Notes: a model not told the origin generated them from the letters alone. 32,000 bases of DNA from Peristeroidobacter soli (GCF_004138485.1 NZ_RYEV01000004.1:338803-370802); one strand, 5' to 3'. Shown: positions 7,787-17,433, counted from the stretch's first letter. Translations and numbers: made by a program.

Positions 7787-8976
7787 TGGCTCGAATACTC
7801 GTTACGGACGGAGACAATCGCTCCGCGCTCGCAGCCACTCGCGCCCTGGGCGAGCTCGGGCACACCGTGTTCACGGCATCGGAGGCGCATCCATCGCTCG
7901 CCTCGGTGTCGAAACATTCGGCCGGCTTCGATGCCTACAGCAGCCCGTATCGCGCGCCGGATCAGTTCGTCAGAAACGTCGCAGCGATCGCCGAGCGCCG
8001 GCAGATCGACGTGCTGTTGCCGATGACGGAGATCACGACGATCCTGCTGACCCGTGCGCGGGATCTGCTGCCGCCGAAGGTTCGCATTCCCTTTCCGGAC
8101 GCCGACATCGTCGCGACCGCCGCGGATAAGTCGAAAGTGCTGCAGCTCGCCTCCGAGATCGGCGTGCCGATTCCGAAGACACTGGTGGTCGACGCGCCCG
8201 ATGAGATCGATCTGGTGTTACAGCGCGTGGAATATCCGGCCGTGTTCAAACCTGCGCGCTCCCGTGCCTGGAATGGCGAGCGCTGGATTTCGGGCGGCAC
8301 CGGCTACTCGCACACCGCCGAAGATCTGCGCGCGCGGCTCACCAAACTGGATCCCGCCATTTTCCCGGTGCTGATCCAGGAGCGCATTCAAGGCCCCGGC
8401 GTCGGTGTGTTCGTCTGTTGCGGCCAGGATTCGCAAGTGCTCGCGACCTTCGCGCATCGGCGCCTGCGAGAGAAGCCGCCGTCGGGCGGTGTGAGCGTGC
8501 TGTGTGAGAGCGCGCCGGTCGATCCGGTCGCGAAGGAACATGCCATTCATCTGCTTCGAAGCATCGGCTGGCTCGGCGTCGCCATGGTGGAGTTCAAGCA
8601 GGACTCGCGCACCGGCGCTTTGAAGCTGATGGAAATCAACGGCCGCTTCTGGGGGTCGTTGCAGCTCGCGATCGATGCCGGCGTGAATTTCCCGCGCCTC
8701 GCGGTGGATATCGCATTGGAACAGGCAAAGCCCATCGACAGCTACCGCGTCGGCGTGCGCTCGCGCTGGTTCTGGGGCGATGTGGACGCGATGGTCGCGC
8801 TGTTGTTGCGCAGTCGCTCGCAGCTCAACCTGCCCGAGGTCCATCCAGGCCGCTGGCGCACGCTGCTGAGCTTTCTGAAGCTGTGGCAACCGCGCACCCG
8901 TTACGAGCTCGAGCGTGCCGGCGATCCGCGTCCCGCGCTGCTCGCCGCGCGACGCTGGTTGCTCAATCGGGACTGA
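7786..8976 (+). CDS. ATP-grasp domain enzyme (putative carboxylate-amine ligase)
   Basis: Within track ORF 7162-8976, the real gene most likely starts at GTG 7786 (TAGTG overlap with the deacetylase stop): VARILVTDGDNRSALAATRALGELGHTVF; ATP-grasp motifs YPAVFKPARSRAW, FPVLIQERIQGPGVGVFV, LKLMEINGRFWGSLQLAIDAG. Confidence 0.82.
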   Translation: MARILVTDGDNRSALAATRALGELGHTVFTASEAHPSLASVSKHSAGFDAYSSPYRAPDQFVRNVAAIAERRQIDVLLPMTEITTILLTRARDLLPPKVRIPFPDADIVATAADKSKVLQLASEIGVPIPKTLVVDAPDEIDLVLQRVEYPAVFKPARSRAWNGERWISGGTGYSHTAEDLRARLTKLDPAIFPVLIQERIQGPGVGVFVCCGQDSQVLATFAHRRLREKPPSGGVSVLCESAPVDPVAKEHAIHLLRSIGWLGVAMVEFKQDSRTGALKLMEINGRFWGSLQLAIDAGVNFPRLAVDIALEQAKPIDSYRVGVRSRWFWGDVDAMVALLLRSRSQLNLPEVHPGRWRTLLSFLKLWQPRTRYELERAGDPRPALLAARRWLLNRD

Positions 8977-8979
8977 TCT

Positions 8980-10317
8980 TCAGGTCGCGGGAATCTGCTC
9001 GGCGCCCGGACGCAGGCGTCGCATCCCCGAACGTTTCTTCGCGGTGGCGGGTGCGTCGACCAATCCCGCCTCCTCCGCCATCACGCGACGCAGGGCCACG
9101 CATACGCCGACCATCACAAAGATATGCGGGTAATACGTCACCGACAGGAACCCACCGGCAATGGCGAGACCGATGACGCTGCCGTTGTAGGCGTTGAGCG
9201 CGCGAATATCGGCGGCGAATCGGGTCGGCTCCTTGAGTCGCACCTGCTCCTCTTCGAGCCGCTTGCGCAACCGTGCGTTGCTCCTGAAGTTGCCGAACAC
9301 GAGCTTGAACAACATCAGCAAGCCCAGGATGCCCAGCTCACCCAGGATCAGGAAGTACATGGAATGCGCCGTCATCCAGCGCACCGGCGCATCGGGGCCG
9401 CGATACTTCGGGAAGTTGTTGGGGAAGTTGCCGGCGCCCACACCGAGCGGATTGTGTAACGCCATCTTGGTGCCGGCGCGCCACGCATGGATACGACCCT
9501 CGGCGGAGCTGTCCTCTTGAGGCGCGGAGAGCGTGCCCATGCGCTCGAAGTACACGGCCGGTGCATACAACAGCACGCCGAGCACGGCGACGATGATCGC
9601 GACGACACCCACGGCCTTGCGCGGGCTGCGCCACCACATGTAACCGAACACGCCCATCATGCCGAGCGTCGCGCCTCGCGACTGGGTACCGATGATGGTC
9701 AGCACCAGCAGGCCCAGCAGACTCCAGCTGAAGATCTTCTTGAATCTGGAGGTCTGATTGAGCGCGATGTTGAGCTGGAAGCCGAGCAGGATGCACATCG
9801 ACATCGAATAGTCGTTGCCGTCGCCCAGGAACGTCGCGCCAATGACGTAGTGCCGCGTGGTCGGCGAGAGCACGACCTCGGGGTTCATGACCAGCAGGAA
9901 CAGATGCGAGACGATCAGCGTCAACGCCACGCCATTCACCCGCTCGCGACTCGTACAGATGCGTACGATCATGATGTAGATGAACAGATAGCCGAGCATC
10001 TTCTGGAACACGATGAAGGAGTACCCTCCCACCGTCGCCCAGAGCATCGATGCCAGCACCGCACCCAGAAAGATGAACGGCCACTTGGCGAGCCCGTCGG
10101 CAAAGATCCGGTTCCACGGTCGCAGGCCTTTCGCGAAACACGTGATCACGAACAGCAGCAGCGGGATGGCGCTGTTCAGCGGCACGAGCGCCAGCGGCTT
10201 GAAGTAAGCGGCCGGACGGCCGTACTCGAAGAACAGGGCGAGCAGCAGCCACCAGTAGAGATACCGAGTACTCTTCTCGGCCTCCTCGGGGCTCATCTCC
10301 TTGGCTCTGGTTCTCAC
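8980..10317 (-). CDS. O-antigen ligase/Wzy-like membrane protein
   Basis: 445 aa, multiple TM segments; RSQGRTRGATL-like segment (IIGTQSRGATLGMMGVF) and large loop HNPLGVGAGNFPNNFPKY...RWMTAHSMYFLILGELGILGLLMLF, hallmark of Wzy_C/WaaL-like proteins. Confidence 0.87.
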   Translation of the reverse strand: MRTRAKEMSPEEAEKSTRYLYWWLLLALFFEYGRPAAYFKPLALVPLNSAIPLLLFVITCFAKGLRPWNRIFADGLAKWPFIFLGAVLASMLWATVGGYSFIVFQKMLGYLFIYIMIVRICTSRERVNGVALTLIVSHLFLLVMNPEVVLSPTTRHYVIGATFLGDGNDYSMSMCILLGFQLNIALNQTSRFKKIFSWSLLGLLVLTIIGTQSRGATLGMMGVFGYMWWRSPRKAVGVVAIIVAVLGVLLYAPAVYFERMGTLSAPQEDSSAEGRIHAWRAGTKMALHNPLGVGAGNFPNNFPKYRGPDAPVRWMTAHSMYFLILGELGILGLLMLFKLVFGNFRSNARLRKRLEEEQVRLKEPTRFAADIRALNAYNGSVIGLAIAGGFLSVTYYPHIFVMVGVCVALRRVMAEEAGLVDAPATAKKRSGMRRLRPGAEQIPAT

Positions 10318-11498
10318 GAAGGTCTGCCGACGAGCGTCTGGTAGATTCGAGTCAGTTTCTCGGTGCGAACGTCGAACGAGTAGTTGCGCAGGATACCCTG
10401 GTGCGCGCGCTCCGCCATCCGCACGAAGTCCTGCGGTCGCTCCAGGAATTGCGCGATTCCGTCGGTGAGTTGCTGCAGCGTGGGCTGGATCAGCCAGCCG
10501 GATTCCTGGTGAGCAATGACTTCCGCGGTCCCGCCCACCGCCGTTGCGACGATCGGCACGCGCAGATACGCCGCCTCGAGGATCACGTTGGGCAACCCTT
10601 CGGTGAACGAGCTCTGCACGACCAGATCGATGTCAGCATACAGACGGGGCATGTCCTTCACGTAGCCGACGAATTCGACGCGCTCCTCCAGCCCCAAGTT
10701 CCTCGCCACCGAGCGCAGCTGTTCCTCGAGCGGCCCGATGCCCGCGAACTTCAGCCGCAGTTTCGGCCATCGCGGCGTCAGCGCGTGCATCGCGTTGAGC
10801 AGCATCTCCTGTCCCTTCTCCGGCGACAGGCGACCGACGTTCACCATCGTGACTTCGCCAGTTGGATCGATCGGACGACGCGGCTTGTTGACGGTCTCGC
10901 TGCCGTACGACTTGAGCACCAGGGCGTTACGCAACACCGTCGCCTGCGATTCCGGCAACCACCAGCGCGGCACCAGCGAGCGAGTCGCCTCCGACACGAT
11001 GATCACGTGATCGAAGCGCCGGAACATCATCTTGTCGAGCAGACGCACGACGCGCCGACGCCAGGTATTCGCGATCCAGCCATGCGCGGTCGCGACCAGG
11101 CGCAGCTTCGGCCGGCGGCGTTTGATGATCTGAGCGATCAGACTGGAGCGAAACTCGCTGGTGTGCAACAGGTCGATCTGCCGGTCATCGATGATCTGCA
11201 GAATGGGATCGATCAGCTCGTTGCCGAGCCGGCCATGATCGGCCAGTGCCGTCACGCTGATACCGCGCTGCCTCGCCGCGTCCACCAGCGGATGCTCGCC
11301 TTCGCGCTTCGCCACCAGCACGCCGATGTGAAATTCCACGCGCGCCGGATCGAGGTGCGAGCCGGTTTCGAGAATCGTGCGGCCCGGCCCGTCGACCCAG
11401 GGCGAATCGCGTAAGTGCAGGACGCGGATCGGCGGCTGGCCGACGTTGCGAGCAGCGTCCTGGTCGCGATCGGTCTGGAACTTCGGCTGCGTGCTCAT
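10314..11498 (-). CDS. Glycosyltransferase family 4 (GT-B)
   Basis: 394 aa; EVTMVNVGRLSPEKGQEMLLNAMHALTPRWPKLRLKFAGIGPLEEQLR, QSSFTEGLPNVILEAAYLRVPIVATAVGGTAEVI; ATGA overlap with the downstream gene. Confidence 0.92.
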   Translation of the reverse strand: MSTQPKFQTDRDQDAARNVGQPPIRVLHLRDSPWVDGPGRTILETGSHLDPARVEFHIGVLVAKREGEHPLVDAARQRGISVTALADHGRLGNELIDPILQIIDDRQIDLLHTSEFRSSLIAQIIKRRRPKLRLVATAHGWIANTWRRRVVRLLDKMMFRRFDHVIIVSEATRSLVPRWWLPESQATVLRNALVLKSYGSETVNKPRRPIDPTGEVTMVNVGRLSPEKGQEMLLNAMHALTPRWPKLRLKFAGIGPLEEQLRSVARNLGLEERVEFVGYVKDMPRLYADIDLVVQSSFTEGLPNVILEAAYLRVPIVATAVGGTAEVIAHQESGWLIQPTLQQLTDGIAQFLERPQDFVRMAERAHQGILRNYSFDVRTEKLTRIYQTLVGRPS

Positions 11499-11499
11499 G

Positions 11500-12630
11500 C
11501 TATTTCGGCCGCTGCGTCGGCTGCCACACTTCGACGCGATTGCCGACCAGCCACAAGGCCAAGGCCTTGAGCGCGGCCGCGTTCACGAGAACGAAGAAGG
11601 CGCTCAGGCGCACCAGGGTGAGACGCGCGGCGAGCGCGGGCCAGACCATGCCGGCGACCGCGGCCACGTACAACACGATCTGCACGACGAACAATCCCAG
11701 ATACAACGGCTGTCCGCGCAAGAGATAGGCCGCGACCAGGCACCCCACCATCGGCAGTGGCGCGAGCCAGCGCATCAGCTTGTGCGACCAGAGAATGAAT
11801 GAGAACGCCGGATGGCGGAACGGATTCAACAGGCCCACGTTGCCGAACAACGCGGTGATGCCTCGCAGGAACGTTCGTACCTTGCGAGTGAATTCGGCGC
11901 GCTGACTGGACGTGGCGGTCATCGAGCCGCGAGCCAGCGGCTCGGCGAGTGCACGCTTGCCCTGACGGACGGTGTTGAGCACGGACAGAAAGTCCGGGGC
12001 CATGCCCGAGCGGAACGGCTCGCACAGCTCGCGCCGCTGACCGTAGAAACATCCGCTCGCACCGGCGATGGAATGCAGTCGTGCCTCTTCCCGGCGCAAC
12101 AACAACTCCAGCTTGCCGTACAGGCCTTCGGTCTCCGAGCCCTCGATGTAATCCTCACCGGAGACGCAGCCGATCTCAGGATCGGTGAAATGCCCGACCA
12201 GATTTCGCAGCGAAGGACGATCGAGCAGGATGCCCGCGTCGGTGAACACGACGATCTCGCCGGTGGCGCGCTCCAGGCCCGCGTTCAGGCCCGAGGCTTT
12301 ACCGCCGCGCCCCTCCAGCGGCACGACGGTGACGAGGCCCTGCCCCGCCGCCATCGCTCGCTCCAGGCTGTCGTCGGTGCAGCCATCGCCAATCACCAGG
12401 ATCTGCATCTTGTCGCGCGGATAGTCCAGCGACAGCAGATTCTCGACCTTCGCGCCGATGCGCCGGGCTTCGTTGTGCACCGGCATGATGATGGTAACGG
12501 TCGGCTCGTGACGCACGTCGGCGACGTGCGCGCGTCGCCCGCCGAGCCGGTTGCAAGCAACCAGCACGAGGGGATAGATGGCGTACGGATACGCCACCAG
12601 CAACGCACAGATCCAGAACAACGCTTCCAC
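11500..12630 (-). CDS. Glycosyltransferase family 2, membrane-anchored
   Basis: 376 aa; PTVTIIMPVHNEARRIGAKVENLLSLDYP, QILVIGDGCTDDS, GEIVVFTDAGILLD, C-terminal TM helices. Confidence 0.9.
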   Translation of the reverse strand: MEALFWICALLVAYPYAIYPLVLVACNRLGGRRAHVADVRHEPTVTIIMPVHNEARRIGAKVENLLSLDYPRDKMQILVIGDGCTDDSLERAMAAGQGLVTVVPLEGRGGKASGLNAGLERATGEIVVFTDAGILLDRPSLRNLVGHFTDPEIGCVSGEDYIEGSETEGLYGKLELLLRREEARLHSIAGASGCFYGQRRELCEPFRSGMAPDFLSVLNTVRQGKRALAEPLARGSMTATSSQRAEFTRKVRTFLRGITALFGNVGLLNPFRHPAFSFILWSHKLMRWLAPLPMVGCLVAAYLLRGQPLYLGLFVVQIVLYVAAVAGMVWPALAARLTLVRLSAFFVLVNAAALKALALWLVGNRVEVWQPTQRPK

Positions 12631-12690
12631 GCAGATCGTCTCGCATCAGCAAACAAGCGGCGCGGCCCGTGCGCCCGATTGAAAATCAGC

Positions 12691-13680
12691 TCAGAGATTC
12701 AGTTCCGTGACGGGCTCGACCAGCACCGGCTTCAGGTGCATGTAGCGAGTCGCGCGACGCTTCGCCTCGATGTCGCGGAACACGTTCTGCGCCTGCTGAA
12801 CCGTGACACCGATGACCGGCGCCAGCTCTTCGGCGCTATGACCATTGTTGAGCGCGTACAGCGCCAGATCCATCTGCGCGTACGGCAACGCGAAGTAGAA
12901 CTCGTCCTGGCCCTGCGACAGGCTGTAAGTGTCCGTCGTCGGAATCGCGTCGCAGATCTCCTTCGGCAGCTGCATGTGACGCGCCAGCGCGTACACCTGC
13001 GACTTGTAGAGATGCGCGATCGGCTTCACGTCGGCGCTGCCGTCGCCGTTCTTCACGAAGAAGCCCTGGTCGTACTCCAGGCGGTTCGGCGTGCCGATGA
13101 CGGCGTAGTTCAGGCGGTCGGCATGGAAATACTCGACCGTCTTGCGGATGCGCTGCTTGTGATTGGTCGCCGCGACGATCTGCAGATACTCCTTCAGGCC
13201 CAGGCGCTCCTGCTTCATCTCGCCGCTCGGGGTCTGCACCACCAGCTGGAAATGATTGATCTGGCCTTCCAGACCGCCGCTGATGACGATCTTGTTCTTC
13301 CAGCCTTCGCCGTACTCAGGAAACACTTTGCGGATCGCATCGTCGCGCCACTTGTAACAGCCGATGCCTTCGAGCGCCGGCGCGATGTCGAACACTTCGT
13401 ACTTGATGCCCAGGTGCTCGGCGAGCTGACGGCCGCGCGAGGTGCTGAAGCCCGAGGAGTCTTTCTCAGGCAGCATCAGGCCATAGACCTTGTCCTTGCC
13501 CAGCGCCTTCACGCACAGCGCCGAGCTCACGGAGCTGTCGATGCCGCCGGACATGGCGCAGACGAAGCCGCGACGGCCCACGTCCTTGGATAGAATGGAG
13601 CGCAAGCGCGTAACGATGTGCTCGATGACGCGATCGTTGTCCATCTCCAGGACTTTCGGGTCGAGTTTGCGTGCGGCCAT
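12691..13680 (-). CDS. nadE: NadE-like ammonia-dependent PP-loop ATP pyrophosphatase (NAD+ synthase family, divergent)
   Basis: PP-loop SGGIDSSVSSAL; GTPNRLEYDQGFFVKNGDGSADVKPIAHLYKSQVYALARHM. Track ORF begins at TTG 13686, but ATG 13680 with AGAGGA 6 nt upstream is the better start. Confidence 0.8.
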   Translation of the reverse strand: MAARKLDPKVLEMDNDRVIEHIVTRLRSILSKDVGRRGFVCAMSGGIDSSVSSALCVKALGKDKVYGLMLPEKDSSGFSTSRGRQLAEHLGIKYEVFDIAPALEGIGCYKWRDDAIRKVFPEYGEGWKNKIVISGGLEGQINHFQLVVQTPSGEMKQERLGLKEYLQIVAATNHKQRIRKTVEYFHADRLNYAVIGTPNRLEYDQGFFVKNGDGSADVKPIAHLYKSQVYALARHMQLPKEICDAIPTTDTYSLSQGQDEFYFALPYAQMDLALYALNNGHSAEELAPVIGVTVQQAQNVFRDIEAKRRATRYMHLKPVLVEPVTELNL

Positions 13681-13703
13681 GAACAATCCTCTTGAACCTG
13701 TTT

Positions 13704-15218
13704 TTAAGCCAGTTTGAAACGTTGAACCTTGCCCGAGGCCGTGCGCGGCAGCACCGCGGCGAACTCGACGATTTTAGGCACTTTGTAGCTGGCCAGCTGC
13801 TGGCGACAATGCGCCTTGATGCCACGCAAATCCGCCGGCGCGCCTTCGCGCAGCACGATCACGGCTTTGATGGACTGGCCCAGCACTTCATCGGCGATCC
13901 CGGTGACCGCCACTTCCTGGACGCCGGGGAACGTCGCGAGCACTTCCTCGACTTCCTGCGGGCTCACTCGGAACGCGCCGACCTTGATCATCTCGACAGC
14001 GCGGCCGTCGATATACAGAAACCCTTCGCTGTCGAGGTGACCGAGATCGCCGGTGTGCAACCAGCCGTCACGCAACACCTGCGAGGTGAGCTCCGGCTCG
14101 CGCCAGTAACCCAACATGATGTTCGGGCCGCGCGCGCAGATCTCACCGATCTCACCCGTCGGCACGACCTGGCCGTCGCTGCGCACTTCGATCTCGACCC
14201 CGGGCAGCGGCATGCCAACCGAACCGAGCTTGGCTTCGAGATGTTCCGGGGCGAGATAGCTCAGACGAGCGGTCGCCTCGGTCTGGCCGTACATGATGAA
14301 CACCTGAGTGTGCGGCAACTGTTGCCGCAGCTTCTCAATCTGCGCCCGCGGCATCGAGCCGCCGGCCTGCGTGAGATAACGCAGTTTGCCCAGATCGAAA
14401 TCGCTCAACTGACAGCGTCCCAGCAACAATGCGAACGTCGATGGCACGCCGGGGAAGCCGGTCACGCCCTCCTCCTGCATCTTCTTCAGCGTCTGCTGAG
14501 GGAATGCAAAGTTGTCTTCCAGCAGCAGCTGCGCGCCCGAGATCAGGTTGCTGTTGAGCACCGAGCTGCCGTAGGAAAAATGAAACGGCAGACCGCACAG
14601 CACTTTGTCGTTCGGCGTGATCTGCAGATAGGCGGCGATGGCGCGAGCATTGGCCACCAGATTGCCGTTGCTCAACAACACACCCTTCGGGCGCGACGTG
14701 GTGCCCGAGGTATAGATCATCATCGCCGGCGCTTCGATCTGCCCCTCGGGCAGATTCAACTCAGACTCAACCGCGCCCTCGCCCGTCAGCGCCGCACAGA
14801 GCGCATCGCATCCGGCGGGACCCGGCTGCAGATCGAGCGTCACCACCAGCGGCACGTTCGCACCGATCGCCGCACTCAGCGTGCTCCACTCCTGATGTTG
14901 CGGATCGGCGATGACCGCGCCACAGCCGGCATGCTCGATCTGTCGCGACAACACGCTGGCGCGCTCCTGCACGTTCAACGGCACGGCAACGCAGCCAGCG
15001 GCGATGACACCGAAGTAACTCGCCACGTAGTGCGGCGAGTTACGCACCAGCAAGGCCACGCGCGCGCCCGGCTCGAGCTCGCGCAGCCTGCCCTGCATGC
15101 AACCGACCGCACGACGCAGCTGCGCATACGTCCACACCCCGCCGTGCCACGACAACGCCGGTGCGTCCGGCATCTGCCGGGCGATCCAGTCGAAGTCGTG
15201 TACCAGGGAGGCGCTCAT
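13704..15218 (-). CDS. AMP-forming acyl-CoA/acyl-ACP ligase, exosortase A-associated type
   Basis: 504 aa; MMIYTSGTTSRPKGVLLSNGNL, FIMYGQTEATARLS, GWLHTGDLGHLDSEGFLYIDGR, PRTASGKVQRFKL. Confidence 0.92.
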   Translation of the reverse strand: MSASLVHDFDWIARQMPDAPALSWHGGVWTYAQLRRAVGCMQGRLRELEPGARVALLVRNSPHYVASYFGVIAAGCVAVPLNVQERASVLSRQIEHAGCGAVIADPQHQEWSTLSAAIGANVPLVVTLDLQPGPAGCDALCAALTGEGAVESELNLPEGQIEAPAMMIYTSGTTSRPKGVLLSNGNLVANARAIAAYLQITPNDKVLCGLPFHFSYGSSVLNSNLISGAQLLLEDNFAFPQQTLKKMQEEGVTGFPGVPSTFALLLGRCQLSDFDLGKLRYLTQAGGSMPRAQIEKLRQQLPHTQVFIMYGQTEATARLSYLAPEHLEAKLGSVGMPLPGVEIEVRSDGQVVPTGEIGEICARGPNIMLGYWREPELTSQVLRDGWLHTGDLGHLDSEGFLYIDGRAVEMIKVGAFRVSPQEVEEVLATFPGVQEVAVTGIADEVLGQSIKAVIVLREGAPADLRGIKAHCRQQLASYKVPKIVEFAAVLPRTASGKVQRFKLA

Positions 15219-15229
15219 GCGTGGCTCGA

Positions 15230-15484
15230 TCAGGCAGCCTGGCGCTTGGCAACGAAGGCGGCGATCTTGTTCACGCCGTCCAGGTTGTCCGGCACCATCT
15301 CCTCATCCTTCACCTTCACGCCCAGCTGCTCTTCGATGAAGAAGATGATTTCCAGCATGCCGGTGGAGTCGACGATGCCGCGCTCGAGCAGCGAGTCGTC
15401 GAGGCCGAGCGCCGACTTGTCATCGGTGAACAAATAATTTTCCAGGATGAAACCGCGGATCTGTTCGCGCAGCGCATCGGTCAT
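15230..15484 (-). CDS. Acyl carrier protein
   Basis: 84 aa; LLERGIVDSTGMLEIIFFIEEQLGVKVKDEEM, with phosphopantetheine Ser in the DST context; directly upstream of the ligase. Confidence 0.87.
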   Translation of the reverse strand: MTDALREQIRGFILENYLFTDDKSALGLDDSLLERGIVDSTGMLEIIFFIEEQLGVKVKDEEMVPDNLDGVNKIAAFVAKRQAA

Positions 15485-15507
15485 GAGTCATTCCTCGATT
15501 TACGAAC

Positions 15508-17433
15508 TTAAAATTTTTGGCCCGCGACGAACTGCGCGTGCCACAACTGAGTGGACAGGATGCCGACGAAGGCCATGTTGTCGCGAGCCGCCGGGACTTT
15601 GGCCCGTTGCAGTTTCGCGACGAGGCGCGTGACCTTGTCGGGGTCGAAGTAGCCAGTACGCGCCAGGGCCTGTGGGCTCATCAATTCTGTCACATATTCG
15701 GGCGTCCGATCGCCCACGAACGCCGCGGCGTCCGGGGCACGATACGGTTGCTTGTGTCGCTGCAGGATGGCGGCCGGCAAGCGGTCGCGCATCGCCTGCT
15801 TGAGCAGGTGCTTCTCCTTCAGCACGCGCATCTTGTAACGCGGGTGCAGACGGTTCGCGAATTCGATCAGGCGATGATCGAGGAACGGGAAGCGCCCCTC
15901 CACCGAGCTCGCCATCAGCATGCGATCGCCCTGCGCGGAGAGCAGATAGCTCGGCAGCAGCGTCTTCGCTTCCAGATACTCACCCCGGTTGAACCGGTGC
16001 CAGCCGCGCACTTGCCCCGGCAACGAGTCGCGGAAGCGCTCCACCGCCGAGCCGTCGACCCGGCCGCGGAAATCATCCGACCAGAACAGCTTGCATTGCG
16101 CGGTGGTCGCCCAGCGCGGCAGATGCGAAAAGCACGGATCGGCCGGATTCTGCAGGCCGACCCCGAAGAATTCCTTGAGATACGCCGCACTCTGCGCCGA
16201 GGTCAGGTTCAAGTACGGATACAGGCGCTTGAGCAACGCCGGGCGCCAGCTGGACTCGGGCTGCTGTGCCCAGAAATGGCGCACCTTGGCCTCTTTGAAG
16301 ATGTCATAGCCCCCCAGCACTTCATCGGCGCCTTCGCCCGTCAACACCACTTTCACGTTCGACCGGCGCACCAGCCCCGACAGCATCTGCATGGGCGCCG
16401 GCGCAGTGCGCAGGACGGGCATTTCGCTGTGATGGATGGTTCGCGGGAACGCGTTGGCGATATCCGCGGTCGAGCACTGGATGTGATTGTGAGAGGTTCG
16501 CAGGTAATCGACGACTGTACGTTGGTGCACGGATTCATCGAGACCGGCATCGTCGAAGCCGATGGAGAACGTGCGCAGGGTCTGCGGCACGCGCTCCTGT
16601 AATAACGCGACCAGCGTCGAGGAGTCCAGACCGCCGGACAGATAGGCACCGACCGGCACGTCCGCACGCAGGCGCAGACGCGTGGCATCGGACAGCACCT
16701 CACGCAGCTCCTGCTCCAGATCGGCCTGCGCCCCATGACGATGCGCGCCGGCTTCCGGAAAGCTCCACTCCCAATACTGACGGCGCTTCACGCTGCCGTT
16801 CTCGACGATGAGCATTTCACCCGGCGCGAGCTGATTCACGCCCTTGAACATGGTGCGCGGGGCGAGCGGCGCCCAGAACGTCATCAGCTCATCGAGTCCG
16901 TTCGGATCGAGCTCGGCCTTGACGGCGCCGCTGGCGAGAATGGACTTCACCTCGGAGGCGAACACCAGCTCGTCGCGAGTTTGTGCGTAATACAGAGGCA
17001 ATATTCCAGCGCGATCGCGCGCCAGCACCAGGCGACGCTTGGGCCGATCCCAGATCGCGAACGCGAACTGACCGTTCAACTGATCGACGAACCGGTCACC
17101 GAACTCCTCGTACATGTGCACGATCACTTCGGTGTCGGAGTGGGTATAGAACTGGTGACCGCGCGCCTCGAGGTCCTGGCGCAGCTCGATGTAATTGAAG
17201 ATCTCGCCGTTGTAGGTGATCCACACGGTGCGCTTGCCGTTGTGGATGGGCTGCGCGCCGCCGCCCAGATCGATGATGCTGAGACGCGCGTGGCCCAGGC
17301 CGACGCCGGGCTCGACGTGATAGCCGTCGCCATCCGGGCCCCGGTGCGCAATGGCCTTGACCATCCGCTCCAGACGGCTCTGCTCAGGCGCCCGCTGCGC
17401 GTCGAAATATAGGGTGCCTGCTATGCCACACAT
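15508..17433 (-). CDS. asnB: Asparagine synthase (glutamine-hydrolysing)-like amidotransferase, exosortase A system-associated
   Basis: MCGIAGTLYF N-terminus (Cys2 nucleophile) at ATG 17433, HRGPDGDGYH, PVGAYLSGGLDSSTLVALL. Track ORF start at 17475 is rejected because Cys2 must become N-terminal. Confidence 0.92.
   Translation of the reverse strand: MCGIAGTLYFDAQRAPEQSRLERMVKAIAHRGPDGDGYHVEPGVGLGHARLSIIDLGGGAQPIHNGKRTVWITYNGEIFNYIELRQDLEARGHQFYTHSDTEVIVHMYEEFGDRFVDQLNGQFAFAIWDRPKRRLVLARDRAGILPLYYAQTRDELVFASEVKSILASGAVKAELDPNGLDELMTFWAPLAPRTMFKGVNQLAPGEMLIVENGSVKRRQYWEWSFPEAGAHRHGAQADLEQELREVLSDATRLRLRADVPVGAYLSGGLDSSTLVALLQERVPQTLRTFSIGFDDAGLDESVHQRTVVDYLRTSHNHIQCSTADIANAFPRTIHHSEMPVLRTAPAPMQMLSGLVRRSNVKVVLTGEGADEVLGGYDIFKEAKVRHFWAQQPESSWRPALLKRLYPYLNLTSAQSAAYLKEFFGVGLQNPADPCFSHLPRWATTAQCKLFWSDDFRGRVDGSAVERFRDSLPGQVRGWHRFNRGEYLEAKTLLPSYLLSAQGDRMLMASSVEGRFPFLDHRLIEFANRLHPRYKMRVLKEKHLLKQAMRDRLPAAILQRHKQPYRAPDAAAFVGDRTPEYVTELMSPQALARTGYFDPDKVTRLVAKLQRAKVPAARDNMAFVGILSTQLWHAQFVAGQKF

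Noticed and set aside
11812-13593. 593-aa plus-strand ORF
   Set aside because: Antisense to the GT2 and NadE-like genes, no recognisable motifs, shadow composition.
13692-15437. 581-aa plus-strand ORF
   Set aside because: Antisense to the AMP ligase and ACP; composition is shadow-like.
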